The notes under the pieces are model-generated. The model was not told the DNA's origin, made no database searches, and saw only the letters and a list, made by a program, of their open reading frames with translations. The translations under genes were made by a program, and so were the position numbers. A stretch of 64,000 nucleotides of DNA from Takakia lepidozioides (lineage: Eukaryota; Plantae; Bryophyta): the NCBI GenBank assembly GCA_030704615.1, contig CM060731.1:19778001-19842000 (forward strand), written 5' to 3'. Each line of letters starts with the position of its first letter. Within the stretch, counting starts at the first letter, position 1. This document shows, in pieces, positions 63,651-64,000 of the stretch.

Positions 63651-64000
63651 TATTTTAAAAATATATTTGTTTAATTTAATTAGATTTAATTTTTTTTATC
63701 AGTCCGGTAGATTAAATAGCAATGTATTCACATATTTGAACTAAAATCCAACGATTTTGTTAGTTTTCACTAACACAAAAAAACAAACAAAAATACTCTA
63801 AATAAACTGGTAGAAGAAAATGGGTAAAATTTTATGGGTTGAAAGTACTATTTAGCTACCTGGCAAGTATTGGCATCTGCAAACATTTTATTAATGAACT
63901 TAGCCAGGATATCATGGAGCTGGAGATTGAGCCCAAGATCTCATGGCGCTGAAGCATTGAACATAGAATCTCATGGCCTTCAAGCATTGAACCCAGGATC

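Overview
Eukaryotic, intron-containing, transposon-dense DNA. It most resembles a non-seed land plant such as a bryophyte (inferred from the PLS-type PPR repeats, a Replitron relic and the TE families). Left to right: a fold-back MITE and a decayed LINE are split by a 13.3-kb Mutator-like (MULE) element (773-14077, 9-bp TSD TCTGCACTC, imperfect TIRs). This element carries a transposase on the + strand and, divergently, a multi-exon cargo gene with a ParB-like domain and a beta-class amino (N6A/N4C-type) DNA methyltransferase domain. Its non-coding parts hold about 27 copies of one 28-bp palindrome (ATTAAGRYRTCGT-CA/TG-ACGAYRYCTTAAT), 16 of them in a ~137-bp-period array. Next come a Replitron HUH relic and a Ty3/gypsy element whose polyprotein contains a DNMT3-like C5 methyltransferase and a PHD finger. 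Two inverted copies of another LTR element's 3' half (long orphan ORF) flank a 500-N gap. Then follow a SET-domain gene next to a CACTA transposase, a structurally complete chromovirus, a decayed PPR gene, one intact 3-exon host gene (SMP-30/gluconolactonase-like beta-propeller), an RNase H + RLE LINE relic and a second MULE relic. The best candidate for an undescribed system is the MULE-borne ParB-methyltransferase together with its own palindrome array. All domain calls are motif recognition by eye; no searches were run.
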